Shown here piece by piece: positions 47,962 through 58,126 of a stretch of DNA of 64,000 nucleotides. The stretch is taken from contig CAYJKL010000002.1 of NCBI GenBank assembly GCA_964370755.1, positions 7,712-71,711 on the forward strand. Reading direction: 5' to 3'. The notes below the pieces were generated by a model that had not been told where the DNA came from, made no database searches, and saw only the letters and a program-made list of their open reading frames with translations. This DNA is from an uncultured Muribaculaceae bacterium (lineage in GTDB: Bacteria; Bacillota_I; Bacilli_A; RF39; UBA660). A program made the position numbers and the translations under genes. Every line of letters starts with the position of its first letter. Position 1 is the first letter of the stretch.

Positions 47962-48912
47962 ATGAAAAAATTTATTATACCTACTATTTGTGTTATAACA
48001 CTTGCTTTAACAATTGTGTTTTTAAATCCTATTGTTAATTCTTTGACAAGTTTCTTTTTGATAACTGAACCTACTACTCCAGAAGAAGTTAGTGAATATT
48101 TTAAAGATGAAAGTTATGAGTATGTGCAAAATGTAGAGTCTTTTATTCCCTATTCTAAGCAAGATCTTAAAAATATTTTATATACTACTATTAATAGTGG
48201 ATGGGATCAAGTTACGTTTTACTGTCCACCTGAATATGATGATTGTAAAATAGATATGGAGAATGTAAGTAGCGACAGTGGCGTTTTAACTCATATAAAT
48301 AATTTTGTACATCCATATAACAGTTTTACAAATATAACAATGACTGTGTCTGAGTCTGGTGAGATATCTTTTAAAATTATATATTTATATACTGATGAAC
48401 AAATATTAAAGATTGAAGAAGAAGTTGACAGATTAATGGTTGAACTTTTAAATGATACTATGAGTGATGAAGAAAAAATTAAAATACTTCATGATCACAT
48501 AATTAATAATTCTAAATATGATATTTTAATTAATAAGAATGAAGAAAGTCCTTATCAATCACATCTTGCATACGGACCTTTATTTGATAAATTTGCTACT
48601 TGTAATGGTTATACTGATTTAATGGCTATTTTTTTAGAAAAGCTTGATATCAATAATTTTAAAGTTGCTACTACACCAGAAGAAATTAGTTATGAATCTA
48701 CTGGTCATGTATGGAATGCGGTTTATATTAATAATGAGTGGAAGCATTTAGACCTTACTTGGGACGACCCTGTAGATGAGACCGGTAATAAAGATTATCT
48801 TTTAGATACTTATTTTTTAATTACTAGTGAAGAGTTAAAACTTGCTGATGAAGGTGAACAAAATATAGAAGAACATAATTTTAATAGTTCTATATATTAT
48901 GAAATGAAATAA
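47962..48912 (+). CDS. Secreted transglutaminase-like (papain-fold Cys-His-Asp) protein
   Basis: Start at MKKFIIPTICVITLALT (RBS AAGGAG). Catalytic core FATCNGYTDLMAIFL ... GHVWNAVYI ... LDLTWDD. Confidence 0.75.
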   Translation: MKKFIIPTICVITLALTIVFLNPIVNSLTSFFLITEPTTPEEVSEYFKDESYEYVQNVESFIPYSKQDLKNILYTTINSGWDQVTFYCPPEYDDCKIDMENVSSDSGVLTHINNFVHPYNSFTNITMTVSESGEISFKIIYLYTDEQILKIEEEVDRLMVELLNDTMSDEEKIKILHDHIINNSKYDILINKNEESPYQSHLAYGPLFDKFATCNGYTDLMAIFLEKLDINNFKVATTPEEISYESTGHVWNAVYINNEWKHLDLTWDDPVDETGNKDYLLDTYFLITSEELKLADEGEQNIEEHNFNSSIYYEMK

Positions 48913-49019
48913 TTACTTATTAAAGTGATTTTTTTATGTAAATTTTCGGTAAATTATTTATTTCATTATATACAATTTATTATTTTAATGATATCATTTT
49001 ATTAGAAAAGAGGATTATA

Positions 49020-50531
49020 ATGGAAGAAAAAATTAAAGAGTTTACTCTAAACAATGAGATAATTAAACCTAATGCTGATCAAATATCATTATTAGATTTA
49101 GTTGAAAGTGTTAATATCAAATCAGGCGTTGATTCTGCAAATAAGGAATTAATCGCACTATTTAATTCAATTAAGTTTGATTCAAAGATGATGGAATTTA
49201 CTAAGAAGCAAGCTAGAAACTTATACAAAAATATTAATAGTGTTAGTTATAGTTTTGAAGACAGTATTGGTAGTATTAGATTTTTATTAAATGGTAAAAG
49301 TATTACATTAATTGAAAAAGATGGAGTTTTGACAACTTTACCTAATGAAGGTTCACAAACTAAGGCACTTGCTAACCAATTGATTGTAGATCACGGAAAA
49401 AATATTCTTGATTTTATAAAATCATTTGAAGTTTTAAGAATTAATAATTTAGAATTTAACTATGACAAACATGAAGGTTTAAAATTAGATAAAGAAACTA
49501 ATAAAGACTTATTTAATAGTGTTAGTGTTGCTTCTAAAGATAATGTATTTAGTGCAAATTTTGAATTAAGTGAAGCAGGTACTATAAAAGTTTCTAATCC
49601 CAACTTACCTACTGATAAAAATCAATTAAAAGAAATTATGAAAAGATTGCCTATTTCAGTTAAAGAACTTGATGCTGTTAGTAAATTTTATGTTGAACGA
49701 AACATGAGTGGTTTAAAGAAACAATATGAAAATGAGATAGACTTTAATAAAACGCTATATAACGGAGAGCGCCCTGTTACTAACTCTGATAACTTACTAG
49801 ATTTTATTAATGAATGCGAAATGGATTTTAAAGAACTTAATACACTTACTAATAATGTACTAAGTTCTATAAATAGTCATGAAGATACTAAAATATATAA
49901 TATAGAAGGTATAAATTATAGTATTGATAAAAATGGAAAAGTGAATTTTAATATAGTTCATAAAAATGATCACCCTAATAACGCTAGAGTGTCTATAGAA
50001 ATAGTTAAACCTCTTTTTGAAAAAGAGTTTGCTAATATTAAAACGCAACTTGAAATTATATATAATAAGTATAGAATAGCAATTAAAGATAATGTTTTAG
50101 ATTTTGATAAACAAAATATCATTGACGATATTGATAATCAAATAAGTAAAAGTGAAGATGAATTCGATAGTTATGTAAAAATGGAAACTGAATCTGCTGA
50201 AAAGAAGAATGATCCAGAAATTGATGCTCTTAAAATGCAGTCTTTAAATAATAGAGCTAATTTACATTTAATAAAAAGTAATATAGACAGTAATAGATTT
50301 CCTGTTGCGAGTTATGAAAATGGAGAGTATATAGTTGAAGTTTATTTAACTAAAGATTTAAAAATTCAAACTGAAATTAAGCCTAGCAAAGAATTACTTC
50401 AAAGTAAATCTATAGAGGAAATTAATAGTTATATTGAAAGTAATAGAAATGATATCTTAGCTAGTATTACTACTCCAAAACAACAAGACAAAACTACTTC
50501 GTTAGAAAATGAATCTTCATTTCAAAGATAA
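49020..50531 (+). CDS. Hypothetical 503-aa cytoplasmic protein
   Basis: ORF with RBS AAGAGGA; no family recognised. Confidence 0.5.
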   Translation: MEEKIKEFTLNNEIIKPNADQISLLDLVESVNIKSGVDSANKELIALFNSIKFDSKMMEFTKKQARNLYKNINSVSYSFEDSIGSIRFLLNGKSITLIEKDGVLTTLPNEGSQTKALANQLIVDHGKNILDFIKSFEVLRINNLEFNYDKHEGLKLDKETNKDLFNSVSVASKDNVFSANFELSEAGTIKVSNPNLPTDKNQLKEIMKRLPISVKELDAVSKFYVERNMSGLKKQYENEIDFNKTLYNGERPVTNSDNLLDFINECEMDFKELNTLTNNVLSSINSHEDTKIYNIEGINYSIDKNGKVNFNIVHKNDHPNNARVSIEIVKPLFEKEFANIKTQLEIIYNKYRIAIKDNVLDFDKQNIIDDIDNQISKSEDEFDSYVKMETESAEKKNDPEIDALKMQSLNNRANLHLIKSNIDSNRFPVASYENGEYIVEVYLTKDLKIQTEIKPSKELLQSKSIEEINSYIESNRNDILASITTPKQQDKTTSLENESSFQR

Positions 50532-50555
50532 ATAATTGAGTATATAAAAAAGTGT

Positions 50556-51545
50556 TTATTTCAACACTTTTTTTCTTGTATTTGCAATTATATTTGTAGC
50601 CTCTTCATATAATTCTTTATGTTCAGTGTAAAATTGTTCTAGTAAGTCCATATTATTTTGAATTACTGATTTTGTATCTAAATATAATTTTCCTGCTTCA
50701 AAATAATTTTCTACTTCCATTTCAATTACTTCTTTATTCGTTATATTAGGAGAAAAATAACTATACTTTTTATTTGTTTTTCCTATTATCATGGGTGTAC
50801 CTGTCTCATATAATTTACCTTCACTTCTTAATAAAATAGCGTTAGCTGTTGGATCAAAAAAATGAAGTTTATCATTTTCTTTGGATACCGTAACAGCGTG
50901 AATACTTATAGTTTTATTTAGAGTTTTTTTGTATTTCCACTTAGAATTGTCTTCAATTAATCTACCCATATCTACTAGTTCATTACTTTGACTTTTTTGC
51001 ATAAATGCATCACATAAATTCACAATATCAATAAATTTATCAGGTGATGAAACTTCTAATAAAGATGCTTCAATATTTCTTTTATTAAGTATATCAGCTA
51101 GAAGTGAAGATGTATGTCTACAAACTCCGTTTCCAGAAAATATTGTGCTTCCATATAACTTAGAAACATCTAAGATTAAATCATAACCATAATTATAACT
51201 TTTATCTTTGGAAATATAGCCACTATTTAACATTTCACTAAACAGTGCAAATATTTCTTCTGATTTGTCAAATTCAAATGCTGCTATTAAAGCTGAATAA
51301 TCCTTTAGAAATTCATCATATAGCATTCTCAAATTGGAACAATCTTTGGTAAACGACGCTCTGTAATTTAATTTACTGTCTAAATAAAACATAAAAAATG
51401 ATGTCCCAAATAAATTACAAATAGGTTCGTTACTTGCTAATCCATATATATTTAAAAAATTTGCAGTATTGAAGTAAACATCTTCTAATTTTAAATAGTT
51501 TCTATAATTCACATTTGAAACTAATTTATTAACCATATTATGCAC
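50556..51545 (-). CDS. Transglutaminase-like / papain-fold cysteine protease superfamily protein (cytoplasmic)
   Basis: GNGVCRHTSSLLADIL (G-x-C-R-H core) and ISIHAVTV...FFDPT (His...Asp-Pro-Thr). Confidence 0.55.
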   Translation of the reverse strand: MHNMVNKLVSNVNYRNYLKLEDVYFNTANFLNIYGLASNEPICNLFGTSFFMFYLDSKLNYRASFTKDCSNLRMLYDEFLKDYSALIAAFEFDKSEEIFALFSEMLNSGYISKDKSYNYGYDLILDVSKLYGSTIFSGNGVCRHTSSLLADILNKRNIEASLLEVSSPDKFIDIVNLCDAFMQKSQSNELVDMGRLIEDNSKWKYKKTLNKTISIHAVTVSKENDKLHFFDPTANAILLRSEGKLYETGTPMIIGKTNKKYSYFSPNITNKEVIEMEVENYFEAGKLYLDTKSVIQNNMDLLEQFYTEHKELYEEATNIIANTRKKVLK

Positions 51546-51604
51546 TTTTAATTCCCCCTTTTTAAAGTTATCATATTATAGCATTTGAAACTTATTTAAG
51601 TCAA

Positions 51605-52834
51605 TTATTTAATATAAAACATAGATGCTATTGGTCTTGTTTGATGTTTTAAGTCACTGTCTATTGGTTCATTTATTATTTGGTAGTCTTCTACCATAAC
51701 ACTTGATGTTCCTCCATCAAGGTTAGCTGCATTTACTGCTCCATAGTTTTCCATAATGCGTGTTAAGTCTGCCATGTCTGCTCCGCCCGTTCTAAATTCG
51801 TTTGAATCTACAACTAGGAAAAGTACTATCCCATCTTCTCTTTGGCCGATTGCAGTTCTTGCTGCTCTACCCCAGCCACCGTTACCACCAATGAATGCTG
51901 ACTTTCCGTTTACTATTAAAAATGGGCCCATTGATACTGCATCAGTTATTCCATGTGATGCTGCTTCATCTGCTGTTGCATCATGAAGTAACATAAGAAT
52001 ATTATCATCAGTAAAACCTATTACATCATCCGTTATTCCACTTTGACCAGTTATAACACTTCCGCTTGCAAATGTGACTCCTCTTGGAGTTCCACCTGCA
52101 CTATTATGGTTAGGGTCATAAAACCCACCGCCGTTTATTGCAAGTGGTGAACTCTTATCTTCAGCCATATCTGTTACATACTGACCTCTTACGTCTAAAT
52201 ATTTTGTAACACCAACATGAACCATACTTGGCTCATATATAGCTGCTAAATATGCATTAGCACCGTTTACTTCAAATTCAATAATTTTATATTCCTCATT
52301 ATCGTCTCTTTCTAGTATTTGTTTTTCATATTCATTTTTATAAGTTACTTCTTTTTCCACATCTATTAATTCTTTATCTGTGTTTTCAGATGGCTCTATT
52401 ATAAAGTTTCTACTCATGACATCTATTATGTCACTTTCACTATAAAACCAATTTGCATAGTATTGATGAGATTTTGTTTGCATAGCTGTTGTTATATACC
52501 AATCTCTAAAACCATTATAAGGAGAATATAATAAGAATATAGAAGTAACTGCCCCTAGTATGTATAAACTGATTATTATTCTATAAAGTATTGTTCCTTT
52601 TGTAAGTTTAAGTTTTTTTTCTTTTTTTAATTTTAAAGAAAATAGTATTATAAAAATAATTAGTATAACACTAAAGATTATTAAAATATTTCTAAGTAAA
52701 TTAGTTATAAGATAATCACTATTAAAACCTACTATCGTTAAAGATAAAAATAATGGCAGCATAAATAACATTATCCTGCGCATTACTATATAGCCTTTTA
52801 TATTTTTATTTTTCATATTCTCACCACTATGCAA
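51605..52834 (-). CDS. Phosphodiester glycosidase family protein (DUF2233 / NAGPA-like), membrane-anchored
   Basis: N-terminal TM helices. The C-terminal domain has AINGGGFYD...GTPRG and ANLDGGTSSVM, typical of the family. Confidence 0.7.
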   Translation of the reverse strand: MHSGENMKNKNIKGYIVMRRIMLFMLPLFLSLTIVGFNSDYLITNLLRNILIIFSVILIIFIILFSLKLKKEKKLKLTKGTILYRIIISLYILGAVTSIFLLYSPYNGFRDWYITTAMQTKSHQYYANWFYSESDIIDVMSRNFIIEPSENTDKELIDVEKEVTYKNEYEKQILERDDNEEYKIIEFEVNGANAYLAAIYEPSMVHVGVTKYLDVRGQYVTDMAEDKSSPLAINGGGFYDPNHNSAGGTPRGVTFASGSVITGQSGITDDVIGFTDDNILMLLHDATADEAASHGITDAVSMGPFLIVNGKSAFIGGNGGWGRAARTAIGQREDGIVLFLVVDSNEFRTGGADMADLTRIMENYGAVNAANLDGGTSSVMVEDYQIINEPIDSDLKHQTRPIASMFYIK

Positions 52835-52845
52835 TTATATCAAAC

Positions 52846-53712
52846 TTATTTTCTAGTATCAATAAAATTACTTACTAATTTCATTGTTTCATCAAAGTTA
52901 TCATAATTTGTGTCAAACCAATTTACATTTATTTTATTGTTGAACCATGTATATTGTCTTTTTGCATAGTTTCTTGAATTTTTCTTAATAAGTTCTAGCA
53001 TTTCATCATAAGAAATTTTACTATCTAAGTAACTTATTACTTCTTTATAACCTATTGCACTATTTAATACTTTGGAGTTATCTTTATATGGCAATAATGA
53101 CTTAACTTCTTCTAAAAGTCCTTCCTCGAACATTTTATCTACTCTATTATTTATTATATTATAAAGGTTTTCTCTTGGAGTAGTTAACCCTATAAATGTA
53201 GCATCGTATAATAGTTTTGATCCATTATTATTACTTTCTTTAGTTTTATTTAATTCTCGTATTAATCTTTGTCTATTATTTGGATGTGTGTCTGATTCTT
53301 TATTTTTTTCAAGAACTAGTTTGTATATTTCCTCTGTAGTGTAATCTTCATACATATTAGACTCTTCTTCTTCATAAAAATTATAATCATATAAAGCCGC
53401 TGATATATATAAACCTGTTCCACCTACTATAAAAATATTTTCGTCTTTATTATCGTTTATTAACTTTCTAACATCTTCTTGATAGTTTTTTACATTGTAC
53501 TCTTCTGTTACTTCTTTTACATCAAAAAGATAATGTGGTTTTGCAGACATTTCTTCTTTTTTTATTTTTGCACTTCCTATATCTAATTTTTTATATACTT
53601 GAACTGCATCTGCATTAATTATAATACCACTGTATTTCTCTACTAGAAATTCGCTTAATTTGGTTTTTCCTACTCCGGTAGGTCCAACAATAACATAAAT
53701 CATAAAAATCAC
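52846..53712 (-). CDS. miaA: tRNA dimethylallyltransferase
   Basis: VIVGPTGVGKTKLS P-loop, INADAVQVYK, FIVGGTGLY. Confidence 0.9.
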   Translation of the reverse strand: MIFMIYVIVGPTGVGKTKLSEFLVEKYSGIIINADAVQVYKKLDIGSAKIKKEEMSAKPHYLFDVKEVTEEYNVKNYQEDVRKLINDNKDENIFIVGGTGLYISAALYDYNFYEEEESNMYEDYTTEEIYKLVLEKNKESDTHPNNRQRLIRELNKTKESNNNGSKLLYDATFIGLTTPRENLYNIINNRVDKMFEEGLLEEVKSLLPYKDNSKVLNSAIGYKEVISYLDSKISYDEMLELIKKNSRNYAKRQYTWFNNKINVNWFDTNYDNFDETMKLVSNFIDTRK

Positions 53713-53788
53713 CTAAATTTATTATAATATATAATTTATAAATTGACAAATTAAGTTTGTAATGCTATATTAAAATTAGGTGATAGAT

Positions 53789-54928
53789 ATGAGAGCAAAA
53801 GGAATTGGAATAATTTGTGAGTTTAACCCACTTCATAATGGGCATATTCATTTTATAAATGAAGTTAAGAGTAGATACCCTGATCATGTGATTATATTAA
53901 TACTTAATGGTTATTTTTTACAACGTGGTGAGATATCTATTATGACTAAGGAAGATAAGACTAGACTTGCTTTAAAGTATGGTATTGATATAGTTGTTGA
54001 GCATCCTGCTTATTATGCAACTCAAAGTGCTGATACTTTTGCAGATTCTGCAATGAGGATTCTTAATCAATTTGAAATTGAGAAACTAATATTTGGTAGT
54101 GAAAGTGATGATATAGAGCTTATCAAAAAAGTTGCTTCTATTCAAATTGATAATCCTGAATTTGATTTAAAACTAAAAGAAGCAATGAGAGAAGGAATTA
54201 GTTACCCTGCTGCTATTGCTAGAGCGCTTGAGATGGATAATTTTTCTTTTAGTCCTAATGATGTTTTAGGAGTTGCTTATACAAAGTCTATTTTAAGACA
54301 TAAGTTTAATATAGAAATAGAAACTATTAAAAGAACTAATGATTTTCATGATAATATTCTTGATAGTGATATAGTTAGTGCATCAAATATTAGAGAGCGT
54401 ATTAAAAATGGTGAAGATATTTCTAAATATGTTCCTGAAGGTGTTAAAGAGTGTATTTTAGATTATGATTATACTCCGCTATATGCTGTTCTTAAAATGA
54501 AAATTTTAGAAGAGCGTCATACTGGTCATTATTTAGATGTTACCGAAGGTATTCATAATAGATTATATTGTCATAGTTATACAAGTCATAATTATTTTGA
54601 TTTTATAGAGAAAGTTAAAAATAAAAGAATTACTTATACAAGACTTAATAGAATGTGTCTTCATATTATTTTAGGAATGACAAAAAAAGATGCTAAACAA
54701 GAGCATTTGAGATATTTTAGAATTTTAGGTTTTAATAAAAAAGGAAGACATTATATTAGACTTACTAAAAGAAGATTTAGAATGACTCATTTTCCTGTAA
54801 AATCATATATTCAGTATAATATAGAATATAGATCGTCTGTTTTATTTGAACTTATGACTGGTAAAAATGTATATAAATTTGAGAAAAGTGAAAAACCTAT
54901 TTTATACGATGAGACTAAAGAACAATAG
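53789..54928 (+). CDS. tmcAL: tRNA(Met) cytidine acetate ligase (UPF0348/YlbM family nucleotidyltransferase)
   Basis: GIGIICEFNPLHNGH HIGH-like motif and DUF795 architecture. Start reassigned to ATG (MRAKGIGI) with RBS TAGGTGA. Confidence 0.8.
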   Translation: MRAKGIGIICEFNPLHNGHIHFINEVKSRYPDHVIILILNGYFLQRGEISIMTKEDKTRLALKYGIDIVVEHPAYYATQSADTFADSAMRILNQFEIEKLIFGSESDDIELIKKVASIQIDNPEFDLKLKEAMREGISYPAAIARALEMDNFSFSPNDVLGVAYTKSILRHKFNIEIETIKRTNDFHDNILDSDIVSASNIRERIKNGEDISKYVPEGVKECILDYDYTPLYAVLKMKILEERHTGHYLDVTEGIHNRLYCHSYTSHNYFDFIEKVKNKRITYTRLNRMCLHIILGMTKKDAKQEHLRYFRILGFNKKGRHYIRLTKRRFRMTHFPVKSYIQYNIEYRSSVLFELMTGKNVYKFEKSEKPILYDETKEQ

Positions 54929-54937
54929 TTCTTTTTT

Positions 54938-55612
54938 TTATGGTAAAGTTCTGGTAATGTTTATATCTTTTAACTTTTTATTGTTTATAATTTGTTTTCT
55001 TACGTAACCTGCTATAAAGTCTGATGCTTGCACACCTACGTCTTTTTTTGAGTCAACATATTTTATACTTACAGTTAGCTCGTTTTTGATAACGCTTTTG
55101 AATTTTAAATTATACTTACTATTTATAAAACCTATTTTAAGTTCTTTATAAATATCGTCTGTTAAAAGTCTATTTACTCCTGATTTTAAATTATCATTAT
55201 CTATTGTTATAAATAAATTTATTTTTTCTTCATTTATTAATTTATTTGATTTTAAATAAATAAATATATCTTTTATAACCCTTCTTAATGCATATTCTTT
55301 AAATCTTCCTCTTGATGATTTTGTATTTAGTATATCATCGCATACATTATATATTTTAATATATAAACCAAATGTTATATACTGGTTTAAAAACTTGATT
55401 ATTTTATCTTTTTCAATATTATTACAAATATAATTTTTAACTTCTTTTCCCATGTATTTTATTTTGTATTTAAACATAAACTTATTATATTTTTTAATAA
55501 ATACTTTATAGTCAGATTCACTTGTAAATACTATTCCACCAAAAAAAGACTTAGTTTCATTTTTATGAAATACTCCAGAGTCGTCTATAAAAATATAAAT
55601 ATTTGTTTCCAT
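54938..55612 (-). CDS. DUF3800-family protein
   Basis: N-terminal IYIFIDDSGVFHK... matches the DUF3800 start (YIF.DESG). No SD; a TATAAT lies 8 nt upstream of the ATG, abutting the tRNA terminator. Confidence 0.65.
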   Translation of the reverse strand: METNIYIFIDDSGVFHKNETKSFFGGIVFTSESDYKVFIKKYNKFMFKYKIKYMGKEVKNYICNNIEKDKIIKFLNQYITFGLYIKIYNVCDDILNTKSSRGRFKEYALRRVIKDIFIYLKSNKLINEEKINLFITIDNDNLKSGVNRLLTDDIYKELKIGFINSKYNLKFKSVIKNELTVSIKYVDSKKDVGVQASDFIAGYVRKQIINNKKLKDINITRTLP

Positions 55613-55628
55613 GTGCTTTATTATAATA

Positions 55629-55657
55629 AAAAAAATTCGATTAATTTGTCGAATTTT
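55629..55657 (-). terminator. Rho-independent terminator downstream of tRNA-Arg (AATTCGA-CAAATTAA-TCGAATT + T8)
   Basis: Minus strand read directly from the sequence. Confidence 0.7.
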
Positions 55658-55672
55658 GTGATTATTTAAAAT

Positions 55673-55749
55673 TGGCGTCCTTGTAGGGACTTAAACCCCA
55701 GACCTAATGCGCCGGAAGCATTTGCTCTATTCAACTGAGCTACAAGGAC
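55673..55749 (-). tRNA. tRNA-Arg (anticodon CCG) with encoded CCA; non-canonical D-loop (no G18G19) and T-loop (U56)
   Basis: Hand-folded: acceptor GTCCTTG/CAAGGAC, D-stem GCTC/GAGC, anticodon stem AATGC/GCATT, loop TTCCGGC (U33, CCG, G37), T-stem TGGGG/CCCTA, discriminator G, CCA. Confidence 0.85.
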
Positions 55750-55791
55750 ATATATATATTATACTACAAAAAAAGTACCTTTTAAAGGGTA

Positions 55792-56844
55792 CTAAAATAA
55801 TCTTATAATATCTTGCACTGCTACATATATTGTTAATAGCATTAATAGTGCAAATCCAACTAAATGGAATATATTTTCTATTTTTGAATTTATTGGACTT
55901 CCTTTTATTTTTTCTATTATTAAGAATACTATTCTTCCACCATCAAATGCTGGGAAAGGTAAAATATTTAAGAATCCTACATTTATTGATAAGAACGCTG
56001 TTAAGCTTACTAATGAAGCAAAACCAAGTGCTGCTGATGCATCTACTACTTCATACATTCCAATCGGTCCTGATAAAGCACTAAGTGATATACTACCAGT
56101 AAATAAACTTGCTATAGTAAGTATCATAACTTCAACAATTGAACCGAATTTAACAAATGCATATTCTAAACTACCTAGAAAACCACTTGTTTCTTCTACT
56201 TTTATTCCTACACCAAATGTTTTAGTTTCGACACCATCATCATTTTTTTCTACTTTAGGTTCTACGTCATATGTTTTAGTTTTACCATCTTCATTTTCAA
56301 TTACAAATTCGTATACTCCATCTTTATCTTCCATGTGAAGTACTATTTGAGCAACATCCCAAGAACTAATATCATATCCATTAATTTCTTTAATTGTTCC
56401 ACCTGCTACTACTCCAGCATCTTCCATAGCAGAACCTTCTACTACACTATCAATCTTTGGAGTTAAAAGTGTACCACCCCATATAAGTGATATAAAGAAT
56501 AATATTACAAACGCCATTATGAAATTATTTACAACACCTGCTACAAGTATAATTACTCTTTGATGCCATTTTTTGTTGCACATATATTTTTCTTTTGGTA
56601 TTTTTTCTTCATCGTCTGCATCTTCATAAACTTCACCAGCCATTGATACAAACCCACCTATTGGTACTGCTCTTACATTATATTTAATTTTGTCTTTACC
56701 CATCTTAGAGTAAATAACTGGACCCATACCTATTGAAAATTCATAGATATGTACCCCAAATTTCTTTGCCCAGAAAAAGTGTCCAAGCTCATGTACTAGT
56801 ATAATTATTCCTAGTATAAGTATTAATATTATTAATGAAACCAT
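55792..56844 (-). CDS. rseP: RIP metalloprotease RseP (site-2 protease)
   Basis: HELGHFFWAKKFGV HExxH motif, a PDZ region, and the LDG motif FPAFDGGRIVF. Confidence 0.92.
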   Translation of the reverse strand: MVSLIILILILGIIILVHELGHFFWAKKFGVHIYEFSIGMGPVIYSKMGKDKIKYNVRAVPIGGFVSMAGEVYEDADDEEKIPKEKYMCNKKWHQRVIILVAGVVNNFIMAFVILFFISLIWGGTLLTPKIDSVVEGSAMEDAGVVAGGTIKEINGYDISSWDVAQIVLHMEDKDGVYEFVIENEDGKTKTYDVEPKVEKNDDGVETKTFGVGIKVEETSGFLGSLEYAFVKFGSIVEVMILTIASLFTGSISLSALSGPIGMYEVVDASAALGFASLVSLTAFLSINVGFLNILPFPAFDGGRIVFLIIEKIKGSPINSKIENIFHLVGFALLMLLTIYVAVQDIIRLF

Positions 56845-56855
56845 TTTTACCTCCC

Positions 56856-57638
56856 TTAAAGTAATCCACTAAGCATTAAGTATGCAAGTGATATTATTAG
56901 TATACTATCTAATCTGTCAAGTATTCCTCCGTGTCCCGGAATTAGATTAGAAAAGTCTTTTGCGTCATTTTCTCTTTTTATTTTACTAAATATTAAATCC
57001 CCAAATTGTTCTAGCACTGCTAAAACTGCTGTAATTAATATTATGTTTATTGTTAAATCAGTTATTAAGTAATTGTATATAATTAGTGGAACTGCTGTTG
57101 CTACTATAAATCCACCAATACTTCCTTCTATTGTTTTTTTAGGGCTTACTGCTGGTATTAATTTGTGTTTTCCAATAAGCATACCTGTAAACATAGCAAA
57201 CATATCACCAAATATGGCAATTGATATTAAATATACAAGCGTGAATATATTTTCTCTAGCAAGTATTAAACCACTAAAACCAAAACCTATTATATAGATA
57301 AGTGCTATTAAATAACAAGCCTTTGTCGTATCATATTTATCTTCTTTACAAAATAGCGATGGCAATATAAGCGCTAGTAGTGGTGCAAATAAATAAATAT
57401 ATTCTACTGAACCAAAATATCCTGCTAGATACTGAGATAATACTATTCCGATAAATGATATTAATCCTAGTATTTTTACTATAACCGGTATATCTTTTAA
57501 TTTTTTTAAACTTACTATTTCGTTATAAGCAAATATAGATATAACTGAAATACCCACTAAGTATGGGTAACCTCCTACATATATAAGTGGAATTATGATA
57601 GCCAGCATAATAACTGCGCTAATAACTCTTTTTTTCAT
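56856..57638 (-). CDS. cdsA: Phosphatidate cytidylyltransferase
   Basis: C-terminal signature FSKIKRENDAKDFSNLIPGHGGILDRLDS. Confidence 0.9.
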   Translation of the reverse strand: MKKRVISAVIMLAIIIPLIYVGGYPYLVGISVISIFAYNEIVSLKKLKDIPVIVKILGLISFIGIVLSQYLAGYFGSVEYIYLFAPLLALILPSLFCKEDKYDTTKACYLIALIYIIGFGFSGLILARENIFTLVYLISIAIFGDMFAMFTGMLIGKHKLIPAVSPKKTIEGSIGGFIVATAVPLIIYNYLITDLTINIILITAVLAVLEQFGDLIFSKIKRENDAKDFSNLIPGHGGILDRLDSILIISLAYLMLSGLL

Positions 57639-57684
57639 TTAACCTCCTAGATAAAAAAAGCATATACATGCTCTTAAAAATCAA

Positions 57685-58110
57685 TTATAAAGTATCATCA
57701 AATTTCTCAACTTCGTCAAGACTTTCTTCAACCATATTTCTAAATCTTTTCTTAAACACGAAAACTTTTCTTCTTAAATTTTCAGCATCTTCTTCTATTC
57801 TTTCTGCTCTAATTAAAGCGTTATTTAGTATCCGTGAAGCATTTTGCTTAGCTTCTTCAACCACAAGTTTAGATTCATCAAAAGCTGCTCTTCTAATATT
57901 ATTAGTACTTTCTTCTGCTAAAAGTATTGCTCTATTAAATGTACTTTCTAAGTTTTTATACTTAATAAGATCATTTTCAAGTGCTATATTTTTTTGGTCG
58001 CTTTCTTTTAATCTATTTAATAAATCTTCATATTCTTTTATAACTTCGCTTACGAACTTATTAACTTCTTTTTTAGAGTATCCAGGAACGCTAGTAGTGA
58101 ATTTTTGCAT
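57685..58110 (-). CDS. divIVA: DivIVA-domain cell division protein
   Basis: FTTSVPGYSKKEVNKFVSEVIKEYEDL matches the DivIVA N-terminal F-x-x-x-x-R/G-Y-x-x-x-E-V-D/N-x-F motif, followed by coiled coil. Confidence 0.85.
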   Translation of the reverse strand: MQKFTTSVPGYSKKEVNKFVSEVIKEYEDLLNRLKESDQKNIALENDLIKYKNLESTFNRAILLAEESTNNIRRAAFDESKLVVEEAKQNASRILNNALIRAERIEEDAENLRRKVFVFKKRFRNMVEESLDEVEKFDDTL

Positions 58111-58126
58111 ACACTTACTCCCTTTC

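Noticed and set aside
54929-55760. tRNA-targeted genomic island with attL/attR
   Set aside because: I could not find a direct repeat of the tRNA-Arg 3' end on the far side of the DUF3800 gene, and there is no integrase. It is only a one-gene insertion.
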